A DNA stretch of 64,000 nucleotides, taken from Deltaproteobacteria bacterium (GTDB lineage Bacteria > Myxococcota > Myxococcia > Myxococcales > 40CM-4-68-19). Positions 30,366 to 39,263 of this stretch are shown in pieces. The stretch covers positions 1,300 to 65,299 of the forward strand of contig VBLC01000037.1 in NCBI GenBank assembly GCA_005879315.1, written 5' to 3'. How positions within the stretch are numbered: position 1 is the first letter of the stretch; the number at the start of each line of letters is the position of its first letter. Made by a program: the position numbers and the translations under genes. The notes below the pieces were generated by a model. That model saw only the letters and a program-made list of their open reading frames with translations. It did not search any database and was not told the DNA's origin.

Positions 30366-31475
30366 TCAACGCGCGGCGGCGGGTGAAATTTCACCCACCA
30401 CGTCGATCCCGGACTCGCCCCTCCGCACTTCGCCGATGACCGCCGCCGGCGCGCCGGCGCTGGCGAGCGCGCGCAGCAGGCGTGGCACTGCCTTGGCCTC
30501 GACGGCGGCGAGCAGGCCTCCGTTGGTCTGGGCATCGGCGAGGAGGAGCTGGTCGCTCTCGCTCATTCCCGCCGGGAAGGTGGCGCGCTCCGCAGCGTAG
30601 GCAAGGTTGGCGCGGGTCCCGGCCGGCACGACACCCTCTCGCGCCAGCGCTTGCACGCCGGGGAGGAAGCGAAGGGCCGATGAGTCCAGGCGCGCCCGGG
30701 TCCGGCTGGCCCGAAGCATCGAATCGAGATGCCCGAGCAGGCCAAAGCCGGTGATGTCGGTGAGCGCATGAACGCTCTTCCAGTTCCGCGCGTACACCCC
30801 GGAGGCGGCGGCGTTGAGCTGCTTCATCTGCGCGGTCGCGGCGCGGATCAGCTCGGGCGAAGCCGCGCCTTTCTTGATCGCCGAGACGGCGATGCCGGTG
30901 CCCAGCGCCTTGCCGAGCAAGAGAACGTCGCCGCGCCTGGCGCCGGCGTTGCGCATGATCCGGCGCGGATCGACGAGGCCGGTCACCGCCAGTCCGTACT
31001 TCGGCTCGAGGTCGTCGACGCTGTGGCCCCCGACGATGGCGCAGCCGGCCTCGCGCGCCGCCTCCGCGCCGCCTGCGAGAATCTCGCCGAGCAGCTCGAA
31101 GGGTTGCGACCGCGGCCAGCCGACGATGTTGAGCGCATAGACCGGCTTTCCCCCCATCGCGTAGACGTCGGAGATGGCGTTGGCGGCGGCGATGAAGCCG
31201 TAGTCTCGCGGGTCGTCGACGACCGGCGCGAAGAAGTCCACCGTCGCCACCAGCGCGCGGCGCGCGTCGAGCTTCCACACCGCCGCGTCGTCGCGCGTCT
31301 CGGTGCCGACCAAGAGCGCGTGCGGCCGGCGCATGGGAGGCAAGCCGCGCAGGACCTGCGCGAGCTCCGCGGGGCGGAGCTTGCAGGCTCAACCCGAGCC
31401 GTGGCTGAGCAGGGTCAGCCGGACGGGCTGCCGATGCCCTTCCTCATGGCCGGCTGCCAGTGACTTGTCTTCCAA
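30366..31475 (-). CDS. selD: selenide, water dikinase SelD, selenocysteine-containing (UGA at 31391..31389 read as Sec)
   Basis: The frame stays open upstream of the ORF-track start through a single TGA. VRLTLLSHGSG-U-ACKLRP aligns with E. coli [12 protein letters not shown], where Cys17 is catalytic. TTG 31475 follows GGAGGAGG (alternative GTG 31490). The rest matches SelD: LVGTETRDDAAV, AANAISDVYAMGGKP, TDITGFGLLGH. Confidence 0.85.
31363..31381 (-). promoter_or_regulatory. candidate SECIS hairpin
   Basis: AGCUCCGC-CCC-GCGGAGCU, an 8-bp stem beginning 8 nt 3-prime of the UGA codon. Confidence 0.4.
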
Positions 31476-31574
31476 GCGCGCCTCCTCCACCTCATTGTAA
31501 GCGGCGGCGGCGAATACGCGAGGGGCGCGGCCACCTCCGCGGCCGCGCCCCTCGAGCTGCTCGTCGTCTGTGAG

Positions 31575-32225
31575 CTACTTCCTCTTCTCCTCCATGACCC
31601 TGACGCGCACCTTGCCGTCGCTCACGTCGACGTCGACCTTCGCGTCCGGATGCTGCTTCTGCAGCTCGGCCTGCACCTCGCGCCGCGCCACTTCCAGCTT
31701 GGCGGGATCGGTGCCCGCCTGCAGCAACCGAGCGCGGATCCATCCGCCCACGCTGGTCTTCACCTGGCCCTCGACAGGGGCAACCTCGATGCGCGCGTCT
31801 TTCAGCTCGGGGAATTTCGCCCGCAGGCGCTGCTCGATGTCGGCGGGCAGCTTCTCCCCGAAGATGGTGATGGCGAGATCGGCCGAGCCATTCTCGATCG
31901 TTCGCCGCACCTCGACCTCGCCGCCGCCGGGCGTGGCGCCCTTGAGCGCGGAGATGATCGCCGCGACGTCCGGCCCTTCGCCTTCGGGCCAAGACTGATG
32001 GATGGTGACTTTCGTGCCCACTTCGGCCGCGTACTGCGCGGGCGCCCGCAGGGCGATGCCCACGCCGGCTGCCAGCGCGAGGGCGAACAAGAGCCTCTTC
32101 TTCTGCACCATGGAATCCTCCTTCTGGGGATGGAGCTGATCGAATCGGGCGAGCAGCCGGCGCTCGAGCGCGTCCCGCTCGTTCGGCGAAGGCGCCTGCG
32201 GCTCGGGATAGAGGTCACGGATCAT
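31575..32225 (-). CDS. putative anti-sigma factor (single TM)
   Basis: Overlaps the 3-prime end of the ECF sigma gene by 11 nt. Cytoplasmic N-terminus, one TM (LLFALALAAGVGIAL) and a periplasmic domain. Confidence 0.55.
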   Translation of the reverse strand: MIRDLYPEPQAPSPNERDALERRLLARFDQLHPQKEDSMVQKKRLLFALALAAGVGIALRAPAQYAAEVGTKVTIHQSWPEGEGPDVAAIISALKGATPGGGEVEVRRTIENGSADLAITIFGEKLPADIEQRLRAKFPELKDARIEVAPVEGQVKTSVGGWIRARLLQAGTDPAKLEVARREVQAELQKQHPDAKVDVDVSDGKVRVRVMEEKRK

Positions 32226-32763
32226 GGGCGAGCTCTCCTTCCTGCGCGCGCCGCAGCCCGCGCAGCGCCCGGGAAAGGCGCTGCCGCACCGCCGCCTCGC
32301 CGATGCCGAGCAGGCGCGCGATCTCCTTGTGGCGCAGGCCGTCGGCGTAGCGGAGCGCGATCAGCTCGCGATCGGCGGCCGGCAGAGCGTCGATCTGGGC
32401 GAGCGATTCCTGGACGAGGAGATCGCCGAGCGGCGTGCGCGGCTCGACCAATGCGGCGGCCAGCTCGCTCTCGGGAGCCACCGGCCGCTGCGCGCGGGCC
32501 GCATCGATGAGCAGATTGCGCGCGACCGCCAAGGTCCAGGGCAGGACGCCGCGCTCTTCGTCGATGTCCGCCAGCGACTCGAGCAGCGCCTGGAAGACGC
32601 GCGCAGTGATGTCCTCGGCGTCCTCGCGCGCCCGCGTCCGCCGCGCCGCGAAGGCGTAGACCTTGGCATGCAGCTCGGCGTAGAGCGCGCGGAAGGCTTC
32701 CCGATCGCCGCGCCGGGCCCGGCGCAAGAGGCGCGTGCAGCGGTCGGGGAAAAGGACGCTCAC
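32215..32763 (-). CDS. ECF-type RNA polymerase sigma-70 factor
   Basis: Region 2 (FRALYAELHAKVYAFAARRT...EDITARVF) and region 4 (REIARLLGIGEAAVRQRLSRA). Confidence 0.85.
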   Translation of the reverse strand: MSVLFPDRCTRLLRRARRGDREAFRALYAELHAKVYAFAARRTRAREDAEDITARVFQALLESLADIDEERGVLPWTLAVARNLLIDAARAQRPVAPESELAAALVEPRTPLGDLLVQESLAQIDALPAADRELIALRYADGLRHKEIARLLGIGEAAVRQRLSRALRGLRRAQEGELAHDP

Positions 32764-32805
32764 GCCCTCTCCTACGGACCAAGCGGGAAAATGTGACAGG
32801 ATCTT

Positions 32806-33735
32806 TCAGAACTGGCGCAGATACCCGCGCTGGATCAGGCTCCCCAGCTTCTGCGCCACTTCCAGGTCCGATCCCGAGGCCCGGTCGAGCACCGCTTGCA
32901 CCACTCCGTAGTTGTGCACCAGCTGCACGAGGTCGATCTCGTCGGGCGGCAGCTCGCGCAGCTTCGGGTTGAGCGGCATGGCGATGCCGATGGCGGCGGT
33001 CGGCGCGGGCACGTTCCCGCGCGCCAGCTCATCGGCCTGGTGCATCGCCTCCATGATGAGCTGCTCGGTGCCCTCGGTGATTTCGCTGGGCATCGGCGGC
33101 AGCTCGCCCTCCTGCGGTACGAACTCGAACCCGCCCTGCGTCCAGGTCACCATCCGGTAGAGCGCCTTCTTCGGCGGCAGGGTCGGGTCGGCATCGATCA
33201 CCGCGCTCACCACCTTGCCGGTGCGCAGGTGCACACGGCCGCCTCGATAACCCTTGATGACGATCGCGCCGGTCTTCTTCGAAGTCGACAGCAGCTGGAG
33301 GAGGTCGACGAGCGGCACTTCCTCGAGCCGCCCCTGGACCGCCGTCCGCCCGCCACTCCTCTTCTCGTGCGCCGCCGCAGCTTTTTCCAGATGCTGCTGC
33401 GCCTGCTTGGCGTCGATGGCCCCCGCAGCGCGCGGCACGCTGACGAGCTTGAGGATGCTGGTGCCAATGAGGATGCGGTCGCCCTCCTTGAGCCGGGCCC
33501 GCTTGACCTTCTCGCCGTTGACGAAGGTGCCGTTGGTCGAACCCAGATCGGAGATGCTGATCTCTCCCTGCTGCAGGGAGATCCTGGCGTGCTTGCGCGA
33601 GACCATGTCCTCGATGAGGACCATGTCCAGCTCGCTCGATCTGCCGATGACCAGCTCGCCTTCTTCCGCCAACGGGTACTCGCCGCCCTGGTACTTTCCG
33701 CTGATGAAGCGCAGGGCGAACCCGCGATCGCTCAT
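32806..33735 (-). CDS. FHA domain plus DUF4388 domain protein
   Basis: FHA block VIGRSSELDMVLIEDMVSRKHARI...STNGTFVNG. The C-terminal LVDLLQLLSTSKKTGAIVI block is typical of DUF4388. ATGA overlap with the upstream TPR gene. Confidence 0.8.
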   Translation of the reverse strand: MSDRGFALRFISGKYQGGEYPLAEEGELVIGRSSELDMVLIEDMVSRKHARISLQQGEISISDLGSTNGTFVNGEKVKRARLKEGDRILIGTSILKLVSVPRAAGAIDAKQAQQHLEKAAAAHEKRSGGRTAVQGRLEEVPLVDLLQLLSTSKKTGAIVIKGYRGGRVHLRTGKVVSAVIDADPTLPPKKALYRMVTWTQGGFEFVPQEGELPPMPSEITEGTEQLIMEAMHQADELARGNVPAPTAAIGIAMPLNPKLRELPPDEIDLVQLVHNYGVVQAVLDRASGSDLEVAQKLGSLIQRGYLRQF

Positions 33736-34469
33736 CGCCCGCCCCGGCGCGGAGAGCGCGCCATCTTCATGTAGAGCCCGGCGGTCCGGTGGTTCGGATC
33801 CATCCGCAACACCTCTTCCCATTGCGCCACGGCCTCGTCCAGCTTCCCGCCGGAGTACAGCGCCGTGCCGAGCGCGACGCGCGCCGGGACGTAGGCGGGC
33901 GCGTGCTGCACCGCGAGCCGGAATTCCGCGAGCGATCCTTCCCGGTCGCCCGCCTCGCGCAGCGCATTGGCGAGCTTGAGCCGCAAGTCGACGAAGGTGG
34001 GGCAGAGCGAGAGCGCGCGCCGGTATTCCGCGGCGGCGTCGTTGGGTCTGCGCACCGAGAGGTAGCCGTCGGCCACGGCGGCGTGCAGGTTTGCGATCTT
34101 GCCGCGCGTGTAGCCGTCGAGCGGCTCGTCTCCGTTCGGCTCGCGCCGCTGGTTGGTGCGGGCGCGCGCCACCGCCTCGCCGAAGACCTGCTGTGCGCGC
34201 TCGTACTGACCCATGTCGTTGCAGACGATGGCCAGGTTGAGCGCCGCCTCGACGTAGTTGGGGTTGATCTCCAGCGCCTTGGCGAACGAGCGCTGCGCCA
34301 GGTCGAACTCGCCCAGGTGATGGTAGATGACGCCGAGCATGTGGTGCACGTCGGCGTACGCGGCGCCGCGCGCGACCACCTGCTCCAGGTGCCCCGCCGC
34401 GAGGGAATAATCGCCCCGGTTGAAGTGCTCTTTGCCGAGGGCGACCAGCTCCCTCACCTGGTCGTCCAT
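33732..34469 (-). CDS. tetratricopeptide repeat protein
   Basis: Repeated TPR units (GDYSLAAGHLEQVV, GEFDLAQRSFAKALEINPNY, GQYERAQQVF, GKLDEAVAQWEEVLRMDPNH). Confidence 0.75.
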   Translation of the reverse strand: MDDQVRELVALGKEHFNRGDYSLAAGHLEQVVARGAAYADVHHMLGVIYHHLGEFDLAQRSFAKALEINPNYVEAALNLAIVCNDMGQYERAQQVFGEAVARARTNQRREPNGDEPLDGYTRGKIANLHAAVADGYLSVRRPNDAAAEYRRALSLCPTFVDLRLKLANALREAGDREGSLAEFRLAVQHAPAYVPARVALGTALYSGGKLDEAVAQWEEVLRMDPNHRTAGLYMKMARSPRRGGR

Positions 34470-34489
34470 GCCTCCGAGCGTAGCACGAA

Positions 34490-35419
34490 TTACTTGTCGG
34501 ACTGCCCCGGCGGCGTCGGCCGCGGCGGCAGATCGGCGGGCGGCGGCTGCTCCGAAGTGGATGGAGCGGGCGGCTTGCCGGGCGCCGCGGGCGGCTGCTG
34601 CTGCGGCGGCGCCGGCGAGGGCAGAGCGGGCAGCTCCTTGAGCATCTGCTCCGCATCGCGGCGGTGCGGGCTGTCGGGCGCCTCCTGGAGAAGGCGCTGC
34701 AAGGCGACCTTCTCGCGGGCGGGGTCCTTCGCGTTGCGGTAGGCGAGGGCCGCGCCCCAGAGCGAGTCGCTGCGGACCTTGCCGCCCTCGAGGTCCCCGT
34801 AGATGTCGGCGAGCCCCATCAACCGGCCGGCGGCGCCTCTCCAGGCGTTGCGCTTCCAGTAGAAGTCGGCCACGTAGCGCTCGTGTCCGGCGAGCCGCTC
34901 GCGGCAGTCGGCGATCAAGTCCTTGGCCCTGTGGATGAACTCGCTCTTGGGATAGGCGAGCGTGAAGCGCTGAAAGGCATCGAGCGCGGAGCGGATCGGC
35001 GCCTGGTCCTTCTCCCGCGACGGCGGTAGGAGAAACCACTCGGAGGGCTTGTCCTGGTAGTAGGCGAGCCCGACGCGGAAGGAGGCGTAGTCGGCCTTCG
35101 GGTGGGAGGGGTGGCTCTTGACGAAATCCTGGTAGGCCGCGGCGGCGGCGCCGTAGTCGTCGCGGTCGAACGCCATGTCGGCCAGGGCCAGCTCGGCGAG
35201 CGCTGCGTATTGCGAATAGGGGAAGTTGTTGCGCACCCACTCGAAGTAGCGCGTCGCCTCGAGGAAGTTGCTGTCCTTCTTCTCCTGCAGGCCCTTCTGA
35301 TACGCGCGCTGCGCGTTGCTGGCGGCCTCGCCCGTGACGGGCTTGGTGATGTCGATGTTGTCCTTGCCCCCGGCGCAAGCGGCGAGGAGCAGCGCGGCGG
35401 CGATGCCGGAAGTTCTCAT
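34490..35419 (-). CDS. bamD: outer membrane protein assembly factor BamD
   Basis: Lipoprotein signal LLLAACAGG. BamD/YfiO-type TPR blocks (FPYSQYAALAELALADMAF, YQDFVKSHPSHPKADYASF, AYPKSEF). Pro-rich C-terminal tail. Confidence 0.8.
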   Translation of the reverse strand: MRTSGIAAALLLAACAGGKDNIDITKPVTGEAASNAQRAYQKGLQEKKDSNFLEATRYFEWVRNNFPYSQYAALAELALADMAFDRDDYGAAAAAYQDFVKSHPSHPKADYASFRVGLAYYQDKPSEWFLLPPSREKDQAPIRSALDAFQRFTLAYPKSEFIHRAKDLIADCRERLAGHERYVADFYWKRNAWRGAAGRLMGLADIYGDLEGGKVRSDSLWGAALAYRNAKDPAREKVALQRLLQEAPDSPHRRDAEQMLKELPALPSPAPPQQQPPAAPGKPPAPSTSEQPPPADLPPRPTPPGQSDK

Positions 35420-35434
35420 TCCGGCTTTGTAGCG

Positions 35435-36712
35435 CTAGTAGCGCTCGATCTGGAAGTCGTCGTCGTTCGAGGCCGGCTTGGCTCCAGCGGCGGCCGGCTT
35501 GGGGGCGGCCGCCGGCTTGCCCGGCGCAGGCGCGGGCGGCGGGCGAGAGGAGGGCTTGGCGCCCGCCTTCGACTGCGGTCCGCCCGGCTGCTGCGTCTCG
35601 TCCTTGCCTCCCTCGAAGTTGTCCCAGGTCGAGTCGCTGGTGGCGCTGATTCCCGAGACGCGCAGAGCGAAGTCGTCGGGGTTCGAGCACTGCCGCAGCG
35701 CCTCTTCGTAGGTGATGATGCTCTGCTTGAAGAGCATCATCAGCGACTGGTCGAAAGTCTGCATCCCGTAGGTAGTGAAGCTCTGGGAGATGGCCTGCTG
35801 GATCTCCTTGGTGCGGTCCTTGTCCTCGATCATCTCGCGGACGCGGCTGTTGCAGACCATCACCTCGACCGCGGCGACGCGGCCCTTGCCGTCGGCGCGC
35901 GGCACCAGGCGCTGGGAGACGACCCCGCGCAGGACCGATCCGAGCTGCAGCCGCACCTGCTTCTGCTGGTGCGGCGGGAAGGCGGAGACGATGCGGGCGA
36001 TGGTCTCGGTGGCGTCGAGAGTGTGCAGCGTCGAGAGCACCAGATGGCCGGTCTCCGCTGCGGTCAGCGCGGTTTCGATGGTCTCGAGGTCGCGCATTTC
36101 GCCGACGAGAATGACGTCCGGGTCCTGCCGCAGCGCCGACTTGAGCGCCTGGGCGAAGCTGAGCGTGTCGACCCCCACTTCGCGCTGGTTCACGATGCTC
36201 CGCTTGTCGCGGATGAGGAACTCGATGGGGTCCTCGATGGTCATGATGTGGCAGGTCTCGTTGCTGTTGATGTGATCGACCATCGCCGCCAGCGTGGTCG
36301 ACTTGCCCGAGCCTGTCGTGCCGGTGACGAGGATCAGACCGCGCTGCTCGCCGGCGATCTTCTCCAGGATCTTCGGCAGCAAGAGCTGCTCGATGGTGGA
36401 GATCTTGAAAGGGATCACGCGCAGCACGACGCCGATGGTGCCGCGCTGCTGGAAAACATTGACGCGGAATCTGCCCAGGCCCGGCACGCCGTAAGCGAGA
36501 TCCAATTCGTTTTGCGCCTTGAATTTTTCTTTTTGATAGTCGTTCATGATGCCGAACGCCATCCGCGAGATCTCCTCGGGTGGCAGGCGCCGGGCGTCCT
36601 TGAGCGGCAGGAGGGAGCCGTCGACCCGGAACATCGGCGGAAGGCCCGCCTTGAGATGGATGTCCGAGGCGCCGCCGCGCAAAGCGACCTGCAATACTTC
36701 GTTGAGCTCCAT
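35435..36712 (-). CDS. pilT: type IV pilus twitching motility ATPase PilT family, with C-terminal low-complexity tail
   Basis: ASDIHL, Walker A GTTGSGKST, Asp box TIEDPIEF, Walker B ILVGEMRD, His box TGHLVLSTLHT. An extra tail of about 70 aa follows. Confidence 0.9.
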   Translation of the reverse strand: MELNEVLQVALRGGASDIHLKAGLPPMFRVDGSLLPLKDARRLPPEEISRMAFGIMNDYQKEKFKAQNELDLAYGVPGLGRFRVNVFQQRGTIGVVLRVIPFKISTIEQLLLPKILEKIAGEQRGLILVTGTTGSGKSTTLAAMVDHINSNETCHIMTIEDPIEFLIRDKRSIVNQREVGVDTLSFAQALKSALRQDPDVILVGEMRDLETIETALTAAETGHLVLSTLHTLDATETIARIVSAFPPHQQKQVRLQLGSVLRGVVSQRLVPRADGKGRVAAVEVMVCNSRVREMIEDKDRTKEIQQAISQSFTTYGMQTFDQSLMMLFKQSIITYEEALRQCSNPDDFALRVSGISATSDSTWDNFEGGKDETQQPGGPQSKAGAKPSSRPPPAPAPGKPAAAPKPAAAGAKPASNDDDFQIERY

Positions 36713-36786
36713 GCCGGCAGAGTAGCAGCGCGCTGCCGAATCATAAAGGAGCGCATGGCGTTTCCGCGCCTACACGAGCGAAGCTT

Positions 36787-37455
36787 TCAGAGGAGGAGGA
36801 AGTAGCCGTCGAGGGCCACCAGAAGTCCGATGCTGCCCAGCGTCACGCCCGCCCAGAGCAGGTACCGCCGGTTGGAGAGGATGGTGACCGAGAGGAGGAT
36901 GAGCGCAAGCGTGATCAGCTTGCCCCCGAGCTCATAGCGCACCACTGCGCGGGCCGGCTCGACGGCGGCGCGCTGCGAGACGTCCTCCTGCCGCTCGAGA
37001 TCCTGCACCCGGTAGAAGACGCGCTCCGACTCGGTGTCGAAGTCGCGGATGCGTTCCTCGTAGTTGGTGAGCTTGAAGGCGTCGAGCATCGCTTCCGGGT
37101 CCTGCCTCGACAGCCCGCGCCGGGAGAGCTCGAGGTGCACCCGGTCGCGCGCCAGCTCCAGCGAAGTCCGCTCCGCCAGCTTCGTCTGGTAGTAGGCCCA
37201 CAGCTCCGCCCCCTGCCGGCGCGCCTCGCCCGCTGACGACCTGGCCGACCCGGTCGCCTCCGCGCGGTCGCCCTTGACGTTGCCGATGAACGACAGCGCG
37301 GTGGTGAGAATGATCGCCGCCACCGAAACGCGATTCTTCAGCTCCTCCGCCAGCGCCTCGCGCTTGTCGCGCTCCTCCTTGTCGGCCTTCTGTGCCGCCA
37401 CTTCCTCGCGCAAGAGGCGCGTCTCCTCCGAGGCGGGCCGCTCTTCACCGGGCAT
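36787..37455 (-). CDS. DUF4337 domain-containing protein
   Basis: ELWAYYQTKLAERT block and a C-terminal TM pair, typical of DUF4337. Its start overlaps the upstream gene by 11 nt. Confidence 0.65.
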   Translation of the reverse strand: MPGEERPASEETRLLREEVAAQKADKEERDKREALAEELKNRVSVAAIILTTALSFIGNVKGDRAEATGSARSSAGEARRQGAELWAYYQTKLAERTSLELARDRVHLELSRRGLSRQDPEAMLDAFKLTNYEERIRDFDTESERVFYRVQDLERQEDVSQRAAVEPARAVVRYELGGKLITLALILLSVTILSNRRYLLWAGVTLGSIGLLVALDGYFLLL

Positions 37456-38953
37456 TGCGGAAAGCCTCCTCGGTCGCGGCGCGGATGGCCGCGAGGGTGA
37501 GCGGCGCGTTCTTCGGCCGTCGGTAGACCACGGCGCGGCGGATCTTGAGGTACTTCTCGTCGAGGCCCTCGACGGCCCAGCGGTCGGGCACATCGCCGGT
37601 GCCGCGCTCCAGCTGCCGGAAGCTGGCGTCGAGCATCTGCTGCATCCAGCTCAGCCGGAAGAGGATGGGATAGTCCTGCCGCAGGTCGGCGCGGATGGGC
37701 AGCATGCCCTGCGCCTCGGTCTCGCGCTGCTGCAGCCCGCGCTGGTTGAGGAAGCGGGCCAGCCGGAAGGCGAGCTTCGGGGAAGCGGAGTGCACCGGCA
37801 CGGCCCACAGATGCACCTCCTCGAAGGAGAAGCTCTTGCCCGGCCGCGCGGGCTCGCCCCTGCTCAGTTCCAGGGACGAGCCCTGCGGCATCGTGGCCCA
37901 GGAGATGTCGGAAGCGCCGACCATCCCCGGCTCGGCATCGCGGCGCGCGCCGCCGTGGACCCAGAGCGAATCGGCCTGATCGATCGGCGCCCAGGCCAGC
38001 TTGCGCGCTTTGAACAGGTCGTTGATCTCGAAAGAAGTGAGGCCTTCGCCGTCGCACTCCTTGGGCAACAGTCCATGTTTGTGGAGGAGCGCCTCCCACT
38101 GGAGCGAGTCGAGCAGCGCAGGCGCGTCGGGTTTGTCGAGATCGGCGTCCGTCGCGCCGCGCCGGTAGAGGGTGTTGATCAGCTCGTCGGAGGCGTCGCT
38201 GTTATCGCCGCAGGGATGGGCGATGCGCGGCGCGGTGAGCGCCGGCGGCGGATGATCGTGGCTCCGCACCGCCGCCTGCTCCGCCCAGGGCGCCGGATGA
38301 TGCGCCCAGTACCAGCCGGCGACGAAGAGATCGAAGGAATTCCAGGCGTCGGGCGTCTTCTTCAACGTGTAGCCCGCGGGAAGTCCCACGCCATTGGCTT
38401 CCTTGAGCGCCGCTTCGATCGCGGGCCGGTCCGTGTGCCAGTGGAGGTAGGCGTCCTCGACCGCGGGGCGGAGGAAGATGGCGACATCGACCAGGGCGCG
38501 CTTGGGCAGGAACCAGACCTTCTTCTCGTGCCGGCCGCGCTCGACCGCCTCGGGGATGTACTCGGGCAAGGTCGCATCCAGCTCCGCCGGCTCGGCGCCA
38601 TCGGCGATGGGCCGCACCGCTCCTGCGCGGATCAAGTCCTCGGCGTGCTCGTCGTCGACGTCGGCCAACAAAAGGCCCGCCGGTTGATCCTTCTCCTTGC
38701 GCAGGATCTGCAGGACTTCGTCGAAGCTCTTGGCGCTGACGAACTCGAAGTCGACGTCGTTGGTCTGGGAGAACTCGGCGAACTCGTTCTCCAGCATCCA
38801 GCGGATACGCGGCGGGCTGGCGCGCAGCAGGATCTTCGCCGTCTGCCGGCTGCCGAGGTGCGGCCGCGAGGGGGAGATGTTGATGAGCAGAAAGCCGACG
38901 TTGACGGCGATGCCGAGGACCACCAGCGCGTCGACCAGCGGCTTCTTCAGCAC
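37445..38953 (-). CDS. membrane-anchored solute-binding-protein-like protein
   Basis: 502 aa with an N-terminal TM (LVVLGIAVNVGFLLI). Loose resemblance to family-1 extracellular solute-binding proteins. Starts 6 nt after the upstream small ORF. Confidence 0.6.
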   Translation of the reverse strand: MLKKPLVDALVVLGIAVNVGFLLINISPSRPHLGSRQTAKILLRASPPRIRWMLENEFAEFSQTNDVDFEFVSAKSFDEVLQILRKEKDQPAGLLLADVDDEHAEDLIRAGAVRPIADGAEPAELDATLPEYIPEAVERGRHEKKVWFLPKRALVDVAIFLRPAVEDAYLHWHTDRPAIEAALKEANGVGLPAGYTLKKTPDAWNSFDLFVAGWYWAHHPAPWAEQAAVRSHDHPPPALTAPRIAHPCGDNSDASDELINTLYRRGATDADLDKPDAPALLDSLQWEALLHKHGLLPKECDGEGLTSFEINDLFKARKLAWAPIDQADSLWVHGGARRDAEPGMVGASDISWATMPQGSSLELSRGEPARPGKSFSFEEVHLWAVPVHSASPKLAFRLARFLNQRGLQQRETEAQGMLPIRADLRQDYPILFRLSWMQQMLDASFRQLERGTGDVPDRWAVEGLDEKYLKIRRAVVYRRPKNAPLTLAAIRAATEEAFRNAR

Positions 38954-38959
38954 GCGGGT

Positions 38960-39223
38960 CTACTTAGCAGAAACCTCGACGACGATGACCTGCCGGAACA
39001 GGGGATCGATCTTGTAGACCACCCGGTGGCGGCCGACGTCGATCTGCAGCTGTGAATCCTCCATCGAGCTCCAGAAAGGGCTGGAGGGCGAGATGGTGCT
39101 CACGGCCACGGCGATCTGCTGGAGGACCCGGGCTATCTCCTCGTGTCCGTCGGCCGGAAGCGCGGTCTTGAATCGGACGGTGTAACTCACACCCGCTGCT
39201 TCTCCCGACAGACCCCGCCCCAA
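38960..39223 (-). CDS. small RelE/ParE-like paralog B
   Basis: ORF-track start is TTG 39223; GTG 39190 would give 76 aa. SYTVRFKTA...SPFWSSMEDSQLQIDVGRHRVVYKIDPLFRQVIVVEVSAK. Paralogous to the ORF just upstream. Confidence 0.55.
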   Translation of the reverse strand: MGRGLSGEAAGVSYTVRFKTALPADGHEEIARVLQQIAVAVSTISPSSPFWSSMEDSQLQIDVGRHRVVYKIDPLFRQVIVVEVSAK

Positions 39224-39263
39224 AAACGGTGGCCATCGTCGGGATTGCAGGCAACGCGTGCGG

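Noticed and set aside
30391-31392. 333-aa Arg-rich ORF in an alternate frame of selD
   Set aside because: The SelD frame carries all the family motifs. The alternate frame is low complexity.
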